From contig CAWIAD010000002.1 in assembly GCA_963833985.1 (NCBI GenBank), positions 4,928,001 through 4,992,000 of the forward strand: DNA of 64,000 nt, read 5' to 3'. This document shows positions 52,904-62,941 of the stretch, piece by piece. Every line of letters starts with the position of its first letter. Position 1 is the first letter of the stretch. The notes below the pieces were generated by a model that searched no databases, was not told the origin of the DNA, and saw nothing but the letters and a program-made list of their open reading frames with translations. Source of the DNA: an uncultured Planctomycetaceae bacterium (GTDB lineage: Bacteria > Planctomycetota > Planctomycetia > Isosphaerales > Isosphaeraceae). A program made the position numbers and the translations under genes.

Positions 52904-55827
52904 TCACTCGGCCACGAGCTCCCAGTGGAACGCGGCCGTCTTGCCGTCGATCGTCAGCGCAGCGCCGGCGTTCTCGGGCAGGACCTCCACCTTGGCGGGC
53001 CCGATGCGCTCGCCCGCGTTGTTCAGCACACGCCCCGAGATCTTCCCCGCGTGCCGCCAGATCACCCTGGCCGTCACCGGCTCCTGGAGGAATGGCGGCC
53101 GGCCTGGGTCGGCCAGGTCCCGCCTGAAGCGGTCCACCCAGCGGAACCCGGTGGGCTGCACGCGCCCCAGGACCGTCACGAGCAGGCGCTTCGCCGTGGC
53201 GATCGGTTCGGGGCCGGCGGAGCTGGCAACGACGACGGCGTAGGGGTTGTCCGAGGACACCTCCACACTGGCCAGCGTGACCGGCTCGCCGCCGAACCAG
53301 CCGGCCATGCCCTGCGTGTAGGGCGTGTCGATCACCAGCCGCCCGCGGGAGGGATCCCAGCCAGGGATCCCGGCGGTGGTCCGGCCGCGCCTGCGCCAGG
53401 GGCGCCGGATCGGCCTGAGTGTTCGGCCTCGCCACGATGCCCTTCGCGATCATTCTGCACCTTGCCTCCGGCAGCCGGGTCCTGACCACGCAGCAGGATC
53501 GAGGCAACATGCGGCCAGAGGGCGTAGACGTGAGGGCAGCCGTTGGTCACCTCGGGAATCTGGAAGATGTCCTCCACGCCGTTGGTGCCCACGGGTCCGC
53601 GGCCCCAGAGCACGGGATAGAGGAAGATCCCACGCCGGACCAGGGCGTCCCACTCTTCGTGCGCGGCGGTCTGGGCAGCCAGCAGCACGTCGGCCGCCTC
53701 GTAGGGCAAGGCCCAGGCACCCTGGGTCTGCGGGCACCACTGGCCGGCGGCGTAGGCCACGCCCGCGTGCCGCTTGCGCGGCCGCGGTGCTCAGCGAACC
53801 CTCGCGGCTCCAGAGCTGCGACTTCATGTCCGGAGCGACGAACGTGGACGGGGCCCAGTAGAGGCGGTCATCCACCAGCTCCAGCGGCGGGCCTGCCTGG
53901 GCGGCCGCGAACTCCGGCTCGCGCCGCCAGTGCGAGCAGCCGGCGATGGGCACCCGGAGCTTCTCCTTGCGGAGGGCTTCCACCATCTCCTTGTAGTGCG
54001 CCATCTCGACCGACTGCCAGAAACGCCGGCCCGTGCCGCTGGCATTGGTGGTGCGCTGGCCGATCGTCCGCAGGTCCTGGGCGTACTCGCCGGGTAGAGC
54101 GTCGGGGTGGTCGATGAGATCGAACAGCGAGACCTCTCCCAGCAGCGTCACCCAGGCCAGCGCCGGGTCGTCCTTGAGCGCAAGGCCCGTCTCATCGTTG
54201 ACTCTTCCCAGCAGCGACCGGGCCGCTTGCAGCCCGAGCTGAGTGATGGTGGGGTCAAACAGGGCAGCGGGTCCGCCACCGGCGGGAAGCAGGCCCGGAA
54301 TGGCCACGCCGTCCTGGTCACGGAATCGGCGGCTGCTCTGGAGCTCGAGCGCCACGTAGATGCCGCGCGCCTTGAGGGCCGCGACCAGGTGATCAAGCCG
54401 CTTCAGGGCGTTGGGGTCGAAGGCCTTGGTGTCGTCGCGGCTGTCGTCGAAGAGGCTGCGGTCCGGGCCGATCGCCGTATCCAGGTCACCCAGGCGCACC
54501 AGGTTGATTCCCGAGCGCGCCAGCCGGTCGGCCAGCTCATCCGCGCGTGCAGGCTCGAGAAACGCCGTGGGGGCGATCAGGCTCACCCCGTGAAACCGCG
54601 CCCGGCCCCCCTTTTCAAAGGTGAGCCGGCCGTCCTTGGCCTTGACGAACCCTTTCATGCCCGCCGGCGCGGGCACCAGGAACGAGAAGTCGAGCGCTGA
54701 TCGGGCGGCGATCGCTGGCGAGGGGGGCACGGCCAGCCAGTTGTCGGTGTCTTCCTCGCTGTGGAAGGGCGCCCAGGATCCCACCTCGGCATTGGGAGAG
54801 GCGGTGATCACCACGTCGTCAATCTCGATCTTACCGATGGGATCACCCTTCTCGAACTGGATCACGGCGCGGGTGGCGCCGGCCGGGACGACGATCTCGT
54901 TCACGTCCCTGCGCCAGTCGAAGCTGCCGCCCCACTGGAACGCCGGCAACCCGGTCTCGGTCCCCGGAATCGGCCTGCCGGAGTTATCGACGAAGAAGAA
55001 GATCGCCGCGGCCCCTCCCCCTCCGCGCAGGCCCGTGGCGCGGGCGTAGACCGAGATTGCCAGGGCCCCGAGCCCTTCGACCGGCAGCGCCAGGCCCGTC
55101 AGGACCCGCGCGCGGTGTGCGCCAGCTCAACGGCCGCGGCGGACTGGTGGCCGGGGAACACGCGCTCGGCGTCGTTGTTGACATACCAGTACGAAGGCGC
55201 GGGATCGCCGAGCTCGAAGTCGCCGTTGACCACCAGGTTCGTCGTGGGTGCCTCGCCAACCGGCACCAGATCCACCGTCAGCCCGTCGATGTCGAGAACG
55301 CCCTTGGCCCCCATGAGCCCGACCGACATGATGGCGTCGCGCGTGCCGGGCGGGACGGGAATGCGCTTCACCACGCGGGTCCAGCGCGGGCCGACGGTAT
55401 GCGTCCAGGGACCGAACGTGCCGCGTGAGAGGTGCCGCAGCGAGTCGCCCAGGAAATCAATGAGCATGCTCGGTTCCTCGCCGGAACGTTCGCCGTACTG
55501 GATATTCTCCAGCTTGATCCAGAGCCCCAGGATCACGGCTTCGGTCTGGCGGCCGTCGATGCCGAACGCCCGGCTGAGGCGCGCCGGCCGGCCGCGCTGG
55601 GTGGCGGCGATGCGGACGAAGTGCGGCCCGACGATCCCTCCGCGCGACTGGTAGACGGCGTCGCGGGCGTTGTACCAGCCGTCGGGCACGCCGTCCTTGT
55701 TCGTGTCGTGCTCCAGGTTATCCAGGGCCGGCGGGCCGGGCCGCTCGATCTCGGGTTCCTGAGCGATGCACGGGCACGACGGGGCCAGCAGACCCAGGAA
55801 CAGCGCGGTCAGGGCGTATCGCATCAT
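52904..55827 (-). CDS. Large secreted protein: two CBM-like domains plus a GH5/GH-A-like TIM barrel (about three frameshifts)
   Basis: Signal peptide; NLVVNGDFE CBM-like repeat; RFHGVSL...GINLVRL...LDHLVAALKARGIYV...DDPALAWV. Spans ORFs 55099-55827, 53450-54949, 53332-53760 and 52904-53335. Confidence 0.7.
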
Positions 55828-56657
55828 CCGTCGGAACTCCTGCTCTTGCCGCTATCAGACCTGCGCCGGCGGCGGGGCGGGTTGTCGTCGTCGGCCGGCG
55901 CCGCCGGAGCAGGCTCGGCCTTCTCCTTGAGCGCCTTGCCGGTCATGGGCACGAAGAGCGTGGGCTTGAGCTCCTTGTCATAGAGCTTGCCGTCCTTCTT
56001 GATGACCAGATGCACGATTTGCGTGAACCGGTCGCCCAGCGGGATGACCATCCGCCCCCCCTCCTTGAGCTGCTCGATGAGCGGGCCGGGAATCCGGTGC
56101 GGGGCGCAGGTGACGATGATCGCGTCGAACGGCGCCGCGCTCGGCCAGCCCTCGTAGCCGTCTCCGATGCGCGTGTGGATGTTGGTGTAGCCGAGCTCCT
56201 TGTGCACCGCGGTGGCGCGCTGAGACAGCGGGGGATGGATCTCGACCGAGTAGACCTCCTTGACCAGCCGCGAGAGGATGGCCGACTGGTAGCCCGAGCC
56301 CGTGCCCACCTCGTAAACCTTGTCGGTCGGCTTCGGATCGAGCACCTCGGTCATGAAGGCCACATCGTAGGGCGGCGTGATTGTCTGGCCCTCGCCGATC
56401 GGGATCGACTCGTCGTCGTAGGCCTGCCGCCTGGTGCCAGGGGGCAAGAACTTATGCCGGGGCACCGTGCGAAAGGCCTCGAGGACCCTTGGATTCTTGA
56501 TCCCATGCTCGGCCAGGTGCCTCTGCACCATCCGGTTCCGCGCCGCGGCCGTGGGATCGGCCGGCTCTTCCGTTTTCTGGTCCTGGGCGCTGGACCGCTC
56601 CGCGATTCCGATCGCGCAGATCAAGACCAGAATCAGCGCGAGAGATTGCCTCATCAT
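55824..56657 (-). CDS. pcm: Protein-L-isoaspartate O-methyltransferase with a signal peptide
   Basis: VPRHKF, GQTITPP, EVGTGSGYQ, GDGYEGW, APFDAIIVT, QLKEGGRMVIP and FVPMTG. Confidence 0.9.
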   Translation of the reverse strand: MMRQSLALILVLICAIGIAERSSAQDQKTEEPADPTAAARNRMVQRHLAEHGIKNPRVLEAFRTVPRHKFLPPGTRRQAYDDESIPIGEGQTITPPYDVAFMTEVLDPKPTDKVYEVGTGSGYQSAILSRLVKEVYSVEIHPPLSQRATAVHKELGYTNIHTRIGDGYEGWPSAAPFDAIIVTCAPHRIPGPLIEQLKEGGRMVIPLGDRFTQIVHLVIKKDGKLYDKELKPTLFVPMTGKALKEKAEPAPAAPADDDNPPRRRRRSDSGKSRSSDG

Positions 56658-56689
56658 GATTCCGCTCCCCGGGGCATCGGTCGGTCGTG

Positions 56690-57934
56690 TCAGTGCCTTT
56701 CCATCATATCCTGCGACAAGGCTTTTTCATCAGGTTGGCCGGAAGCCAGCTCTTCCCTGGGCATGGAGGCAAAGTGCTCCAGCAGCATCCGGTGGATGAA
56801 GATGTACCCGCCGCCAACCTTTTGAAGGAAGTTCAACTCGTTCGCGGCATAGTCCAGAAACCGGACGAGGTTCAGCGGCGCTCGCCCTCGCACGTAAAGA
56901 AACAGCCGGAGCAGGTAGTGCAGCAGGACGTCCAGGCCGCCAAACCACGAGCCGGCGAAACATGCGATGGCCAGGCCGATGGCGACACCGTTCCAGCACG
57001 CGGGCATCACGTCCGTCCAGGCAGAAACGGTTGGAGGCGATGGATGGTACAGGTATGAGAACAGGCTGACGAACAAGGCCGGTACGATGGACACGATGAG
57101 TGCGCCCGTGATCGCCCAGCGGATCGACAGCCGGATCCCCTGGTTCGGGGACGACTTCATCTCGGTCACGCCGGCAGACCACCCCGCGAGAAAGCCGTAG
57201 AGGAGGGCCAGGACCATGGTCAAGAACAGCAGGAAGCCGGCGAAACTCGTGTTTACGAAGAAAACCAGCAGGCTGAGCAACAGCGCGGATCCACAACCCA
57301 GCTTCCATCCCCGCACTGCCCGACTCCACGACCAGCTCAACGTCTCCACGGGCTCGATGTCGCTGCCGGGTCGCTGCCGGGCGCGCCTCATGCTCCAGAT
57401 CAAGATGAAGAGCGGCAGCAAGGTGAGAAAGGAAACCGCGAGCGGGCCGTAGAGCTCATCCTTCTTGTCGGAATCCGAGTTCGGCGGCGAAGCGGCGACG
57501 AGCAGCAAGAATCCGAAGAACCACGTCAGAAAGATCACTCCAGCGAGCACAAGAGCATAAATGAGATGGAGCCGGGGCGCGGGTGTCCCGGGCGTGGCCG
57601 CTTGTGGAACCGTCCCTTGCCGCAGGTCCACCAATCCAGCGCCCAGGCCCACGCAGAATCCGAAGAGTGCGTGAACCGCCAGTGCAATCGGCGCCGCCTG
57701 GAACCAGATGGAGACCCCTCCCAGCACCAGGCCATAGAAAAGACCGACGAGGATCCGGGTGCCAAGCGTGAAAGCAGCCCGCTCCCAGGTCGATTGCAAC
57801 CAGCTTGGCTGAAGCTGTTCCAGCATGAAAACCGTTTGCCCGTGCTGCTGCATTCCCCGCGCCAGCCAGGACAGCCAGGCCTTCGTTTTCGCTTCCGTGT
57901 AGGGAAGATGGGTGTTTCCGGCCCTTTCACCCAC
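56690..57934 (-). CDS. C-terminal multi-TM module of a NACHT protein (separate gene or frameshifted continuation)
   Basis: WLSWLARGM...FMLEQLQPSWL, ~8 TM helices, PNQGIRLS and FLDYAA...FLQKVGGGYIFIHRMLLEHFA. Confidence 0.75.
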   Translation of the reverse strand: MGERAGNTHLPYTEAKTKAWLSWLARGMQQHGQTVFMLEQLQPSWLQSTWERAAFTLGTRILVGLFYGLVLGGVSIWFQAAPIALAVHALFGFCVGLGAGLVDLRQGTVPQAATPGTPAPRLHLIYALVLAGVIFLTWFFGFLLLVAASPPNSDSDKKDELYGPLAVSFLTLLPLFILIWSMRRARQRPGSDIEPVETLSWSWSRAVRGWKLGCGSALLLSLLVFFVNTSFAGFLLFLTMVLALLYGFLAGWSAGVTEMKSSPNQGIRLSIRWAITGALIVSIVPALFVSLFSYLYHPSPPTVSAWTDVMPACWNGVAIGLAIACFAGSWFGGLDVLLHYLLRLFLYVRGRAPLNLVRFLDYAANELNFLQKVGGGYIFIHRMLLEHFASMPREELASGQPDEKALSQDMMERH

Positions 57935-60062
57935 GGCGTCCTCCCTGCGACGCGATGCGGAACTGGCGCTCGACATAGGCATTCATGAGTTCGCGCTTGC
58001 GTTGCTCGAGAGACGTGAAACCTTGCTTCTCGAGCGCGCCGGGGGACAGGTCCTCGTAGGTGCGGATCATCATGCTCAGCATGAAAGGGGTCTGGGCCAG
58101 AACCCGCAGGGACGAATCCATCTGGAGTAGATGCCGCAGTGATTCGACCCGGCTGCCGGCTCGATCCAGGTGCGCCGCGATCTGCTCGCGCGTCAGCGAT
58201 CGGAGCCGGACGGCCCCATTCAGAGCCAGGCGCGAGGGAAGCTCGATATACTCATTGAAACGGCAGCACACGACGACACCGGTCAGGCTGGACTGCGTGA
58301 ACTTATTGATGGCCTGCACACAGGCGGCCCGATGTTCGGCGCTGACCTCGTCGAGACCGTCCAGGAAGACACGAAGCCGGTTTTGCTCGATCCAGGTCTG
58401 AGCGGCTGCCCTGGGGATGGAATACTTCGTTCCCAGCTCCTCGGTCAGCCAGTTTTCCAGAGCGCCACGCCGGTCGGCCCACGACGTGAGGTTGAACACG
58501 ACGGGAACCGGCAAGCCGGGGTCCCGCGCGACCCGATCGACCCACTCGCGGACCAGCGACAGCATGACGGTGGTCTTCCCCGCGCCGGGCACGCCCAGGA
58601 TGAGAAACGAGCCGCCGAGTTGATCGCACAGACTCGCGATCGGCTGCCTGGTGTCCAGCGGCATCTTGCCCCAGGGGCTGTCAACCATTTCGGGAAGCGT
58701 ATCCACTTCCAGCAAGATAAGGCCGGAACGGCCCAGCGAGCCGTCCAGAACGTCTTCCACCCAGAACTTCTGCACCTTGCGAAGCAGGATTGGCAGGCCG
58801 CTCGGTTCCGGAGCCGAGGAGGCCGACGGGACTGGGGGCACCGAGAGGAGCGGTACCGGAGCATGTACCACCGTGGAGGCTGAGGGTACCGGATTCTCCG
58901 GGAAGAGTGCGCCGCTGGCGTCAATGTCGAACAACTGGCCGTCGACCGAGCGCATGTGAAGCACCGGGGTGCCCCATTCCATGGTATCGACCATCGCCAT
59001 GCTGATGGCGATGCGCGCTTCGGTGACCGCCTCGTCCACCGCCAATCCTTCCGCCAGGGCATCGTAGAACATGCGCGAGAACTCCAGGGCGGCCCGGTCC
59101 GTGATCATATCCTGCATCGATACGACGGCCGGGATACCCCGCCGCGCGATCACCGCGCCGGTGCTCGAAAGCAGGTCCGTTTCGCTCGAGCGGGCGCCCT
59201 CGCATGAGTTCAGGACCACGAGCTTCAACGATTCATGATTGGCCAGCAATCGCCCGAGCTGGTTAGCCATCAGAAGGTGGCTCTTCCCCTGCTCGTCCTC
59301 CAGCGCGATCTGACCCTCCTGCACCGTGGCGTCGAAGTCGCCATGACCGATGAAATGAAAAACATTCCAGGGGCTGCCCCGCATGGCCTTCTGCAAGTCG
59401 CGCCAGGTTGAGCCATCCAGCCAGGTCAGCGACACCTGACCTCGCTCTAGCAGATGCTTGATGGCCTCGGCCATGTGCTCTTTCTCTTTCTCCACATCGA
59501 GTCGAGGTAGGTCCAGCGGGCTGGCCACCATGCCGAGAATACGCAAGGGAGGGCTGATGGTCAGGGGAGGCGCCGGCCGAGGCATCTCCAGGTAACGGAT
59601 CAGCGGCGTTTCCTTCGCGAGGCACAGGTACTCATTCTCCGCTTCGTCAAACAGGTATTCCCACGGGAGCGCGGCGAGTTGCGGCGACTCGATCCGGAGG
59701 CGGACGCGCAGGCCCTTGCCTTGCGAGCGCGCTGCGATCAGGCTGCTGCGATAACAACTGCGGATCTCCGATGGAAGCAGGGATTCGAAGAGGCTGTGCC
59801 CGAGGTTTCGCACGCTCTCGCCCGGCCCCGTCTGGCCCACCGGGACAGCGAGCAATTCGCGCCGGGGATCACTGACCTGGCGCGTCGTCGCCCCGAAGCC
59901 GTGCGCGGCCCTGAGCGTCAGAAGATGGGTCTTAACGTCCCGCTCGTCCGGAGGATGGAAGCTCGTGGCCGAGGCTTCACCGGCGGGAGCACGAACCACC
60001 GCGATGGCATGAGCCCCGCCCGCGTCCTGGCTCATCCTCACTTCAAAGTCGAGGAATTCCAT
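57927..60062 (-). CDS. CHAT (caspase-like) protease fused to a NACHT NTPase
   Basis: LPWEYL, catalytic FHFIGHG and VVLNSCEG, WGTPVL; Walker A GVPGAGKT and Walker B VFLDGLDEV. Confidence 0.88.
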   Translation of the reverse strand: MEFLDFEVRMSQDAGGAHAIAVVRAPAGEASATSFHPPDERDVKTHLLTLRAAHGFGATTRQVSDPRRELLAVPVGQTGPGESVRNLGHSLFESLLPSEIRSCYRSSLIAARSQGKGLRVRLRIESPQLAALPWEYLFDEAENEYLCLAKETPLIRYLEMPRPAPPLTISPPLRILGMVASPLDLPRLDVEKEKEHMAEAIKHLLERGQVSLTWLDGSTWRDLQKAMRGSPWNVFHFIGHGDFDATVQEGQIALEDEQGKSHLLMANQLGRLLANHESLKLVVLNSCEGARSSETDLLSSTGAVIARRGIPAVVSMQDMITDRAALEFSRMFYDALAEGLAVDEAVTEARIAISMAMVDTMEWGTPVLHMRSVDGQLFDIDASGALFPENPVPSASTVVHAPVPLLSVPPVPSASSAPEPSGLPILLRKVQKFWVEDVLDGSLGRSGLILLEVDTLPEMVDSPWGKMPLDTRQPIASLCDQLGGSFLILGVPGAGKTTVMLSLVREWVDRVARDPGLPVPVVFNLTSWADRRGALENWLTEELGTKYSIPRAAAQTWIEQNRLRVFLDGLDEVSAEHRAACVQAINKFTQSSLTGVVVCCRFNEYIELPSRLALNGAVRLRSLTREQIAAHLDRAGSRVESLRHLLQMDSSLRVLAQTPFMLSMMIRTYEDLSPGALEKQGFTSLEQRKRELMNAYVERQFRIASQGGRRG

Positions 60063-60477
60063 GAATGCCGCCGGCTTGCACCCCGCGCATGAGCTTGTCG
60101 CTTCTGCTTCACCCTGAGAGACCGCATTGAATAGCGGTTCGAACACGTGTCGAGGCAAAGATACAGTGGCACGCTTCCTCGATCAATGCAATGCGTCGGC
60201 GCAAAGTTTCCGCCCGGGCCCCTGCGGCAAACTCTTCTTGCGGCGCGGCCAGGTCGAGGACCGGGACGGCGTCGCGGCAGAGGACTGTAACCTCCGCGAA
60301 ACCTGGTATGATGGAGGTTGGATATCCGACGAAGCCTGGTCGGGTCTGAGCGAGGCAAGAGTCACCGGTCCCGACGCAACCTCCGCCGGCTGTCTGACCG
60401 CGGTAGCGATCCGCGGTCTTCAGCCTCGAGTCACCATCCCAGCTAGGGGTGGACCATCGTCTCGGAAGGAGGACGCC

Positions 60478-61206
60478 ATGTACCAGAAAACCGCAGCCGA
60501 GCACTTTACCGAGGCCATCACCCGGTTGAGCAGGCAGCCTCATCCGTTCGCGCCGGCCGGCGAGCAGCCCCACGCCGATCCGCCTGAAACCGGCGCGCGG
60601 ACTGCCTTCTCAGTCTCGATCAGCCGCGAGGCCGGTTCGGGCGGCATCAGCGTGGCACGCGAGGCCGGCCGGCGCCTCGGGTGGCCGGTGTTCGAACACG
60701 AGATCCTGGAAAACCTGGCCAGGGAACTGGGGACCGACGCCACGTTCCTGGAGGACTACGACGAGCGCCGGGGTAGTTTCCTGGTGGACACGATCAAGGC
60801 CTTCTCGGCGCAGGCCAGCGTTTCCGAGATCGCCTACTTCCGCCGGCTCGTCCGCATGCTGCACGCCCTGGGCACGCAGGGGGAATGCGTGATCGTGGGC
60901 CGGGGCTCGTCGTTCGTGCTGCCGCTCGAGACAACTCTGAGGGTGAGGATCATCGCCGCACGCGACGATCGCGTCGCGTACCTGGTCCAGGAACGGAAGA
61001 TCACTCCGGCCGAGGCCGCACGGTTCGTGGACACCAGGGACCGGGACCGGCAGAAGTTCATCAAGGACCATTTCCACAAGGACCCGGCCGACCCCTTGAA
61101 CTATGACCTGATCCTGAACCGTTCCCGGTTCAGCGTCGACGAGACCGCCGAGCTGGTCATCGAGAGCCTTCAGCGCATGCAGGCACGCAAGACGCTCAAA
61201 CCGTAG
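60478..61206 (+). CDS. Cytidylate kinase-like family protein
   Basis: GGAGG RBS; SISREAGSGG, VIVGRG and DPLNYDLILN. Confidence 0.85.
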   Translation: MYQKTAAEHFTEAITRLSRQPHPFAPAGEQPHADPPETGARTAFSVSISREAGSGGISVAREAGRRLGWPVFEHEILENLARELGTDATFLEDYDERRGSFLVDTIKAFSAQASVSEIAYFRRLVRMLHALGTQGECVIVGRGSSFVLPLETTLRVRIIAARDDRVAYLVQERKITPAEAARFVDTRDRDRQKFIKDHFHKDPADPLNYDLILNRSRFSVDETAELVIESLQRMQARKTLKP

Positions 61207-61315
61207 AGCGGAATGCATTCCGTGCAGCGAAAGACCTGAGCACGCGGGAATGCCCCTGTGCCATTGACACAAAACGACTACCGGGAGCCTTCCTCTTGAA
61301 GAACGTCGGAATGAA

Positions 61316-61344
61316 TTGACAAACTTTGCCAGGTCATCCACGAT
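61316..61344 (+). promoter_or_regulatory. Sigma-70 promoter with an overlapping palindromic operator, upstream of parD
   Basis: TTGACA-17 nt-CACGAT; TGACAAAcTTTGCCA is a near-palindrome over the -35 box. Confidence 0.6.
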
Positions 61345-61364
61345 GGCTCTCAGGCGGTGCTCTC

Positions 61365-61640
61365 ATGGCGACCATGAATATTTCCATTCCTGACGAGATG
61401 AAGGCGTTCGTCGAAGAACAGGCCGCAAGGGAAGGGTTCGGGACAGTCAGCGAGTACATGCGCAGCTTGATTCGCGGACTCCAGTTGAAGCAGGCGCAAC
61501 GTCAGCGTGTCGATGGCATGCTGCTCGCTGGGCTGGACTCCGGACCGGCAGCTCCATTAACCCCGGCTGATTGGGAATCGGTCTTGCAAGAAGTCCACAA
61601 GCGTCACAGCGGACGCCAGGATCTACCCCCGGCTCCATGA
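61365..61640 (+). CDS. ParD-family (RHH) antitoxin, orphan
   Basis: MATMNISIPDEMKAFVEEQ...GFGTVSEYMRSLIR...LLAGLDSGPA. Confidence 0.85.
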   Translation: MATMNISIPDEMKAFVEEQAAREGFGTVSEYMRSLIRGLQLKQAQRQRVDGMLLAGLDSGPAAPLTPADWESVLQEVHKRHSGRQDLPPAP

Positions 61641-61664
61641 TGAAGTTCCCTTGGAACAGGCCCC

Positions 61665-62786
61665 TCAGTACGTCCGCCCCAGTTGCTTGACGATCGTCCG
61701 CTTGACCTCGAGCGGGTCGATCGCCCCGACCTTGCGGTAGACCACCTTTCCGTCAGGCGCGAGGATGACCGTGTACGGAACGGGTCCCGGCCACTCCCTG
61801 TCAAGTGCCTCGGCGAAGGCGTCGCGGTTGCTGGAATTGAAGATGAAGTTCGCGGCCGCGACGTGGTTCTCCTTGAGGACCTTGAGCGCATCGTCCTGCT
61901 TCTGAACGTCGTCCAGGCTGATGGTCACCAGCCGGAACCGCCGGCCACGGTACATCCGGTTCATCGTCACGAACTCGGGCAACTCGGCCACGCACGGGCC
62001 GCACCAGGTGGCCCAGACGTTGATGACGGTGAGCTTCGAACCGGGCTCATGCACCAGCTTGCTCACGGCAGCCGCGTCGATCGGTTCCAGGCTCACCGGC
62101 TCGGCATCCCACTTCGCCAGCGACTTGCGGGCATCGGCCTGTTTCTCGGCCCACTTGGTGGAGCAGCCGAAAACGCGCGTCTTCTCGACCGGCACAGGCT
62201 TGCCCGCCAGGAGCGCCTCGACGGCATTGCGGGCGTCATGCGACTTCACGGTCTTCACCTCGGCGTCGTCGAACCGGCCCACGTAGCGCAGCGCGCGATC
62301 CGCGTCAAAGATATAGACGTGCGGCGTGGCGAGCACGCCGTAGGCCTTGGCCACCGACTGCGTCTCACCGTCGTAGAGATAGGGATAAGTAAACCTATGG
62401 TCGTGCGCACGCATCTTCATTTCTTCGAAGGAATCTCCCAGGTCGGTGTAGCCCAGCTCGTCCAGCCGCAACGCTGCGGGGTCGTTGGGAGAGATCGCCA
62501 CCAGGGCCATCCCCTTGTCCTTGAAGTCGCGGTGCAGGTCGGCGATCCGTTGCTCGTAGGCCTGCGCGGTGGGGCAGTGGTTGCAGGTGAAGATGACGAC
62601 CAGCACCTTCGCGCCGGCGAAGTCCTGTAACGTGTAGGTCTTGCCGTCGACGCCCGGCAGCCGGAAGTCGGGCGCCTTCGCGCCGATCGGCAGCGTCGTC
62701 AAGCCGGGCGGATCCGCAGTCGCGGTAGCGGCCCAGAGACCCAGTGCAAGAACAGCCATTGCAAGTTTCACGGCGGCGCGGTTCAT
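61665..62786 (-). CDS. Secreted redoxin with two thioredoxin-like domains
   Basis: APDFRLPGVDG, FTCNHCP and GCSTKW; second domain VWATWCGPC. Confidence 0.88.
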   Translation of the reverse strand: MNRAAVKLAMAVLALGLWAATATADPPGLTTLPIGAKAPDFRLPGVDGKTYTLQDFAGAKVLVVIFTCNHCPTAQAYEQRIADLHRDFKDKGMALVAISPNDPAALRLDELGYTDLGDSFEEMKMRAHDHRFTYPYLYDGETQSVAKAYGVLATPHVYIFDADRALRYVGRFDDAEVKTVKSHDARNAVEALLAGKPVPVEKTRVFGCSTKWAEKQADARKSLAKWDAEPVSLEPIDAAAVSKLVHEPGSKLTVINVWATWCGPCVAELPEFVTMNRMYRGRRFRLVTISLDDVQKQDDALKVLKENHVAAANFIFNSSNRDAFAEALDREWPGPVPYTVILAPDGKVVYRKVGAIDPLEVKRTIVKQLGRTY

Positions 62787-62941
62787 GGTTCCGGCCCTCG
62801 AGGGGGATTCGTGTCGGGTACGATCGTGTAGTCTGATCGCCCGGCGGCAGACGGGCAAGTCCCTTGAGCACACCGGCCGCTTCCGCGATGATCGGGCTCA
62901 TCCACAGGACGGAAACCACACCGAGGCCCGAGGCGATCACG

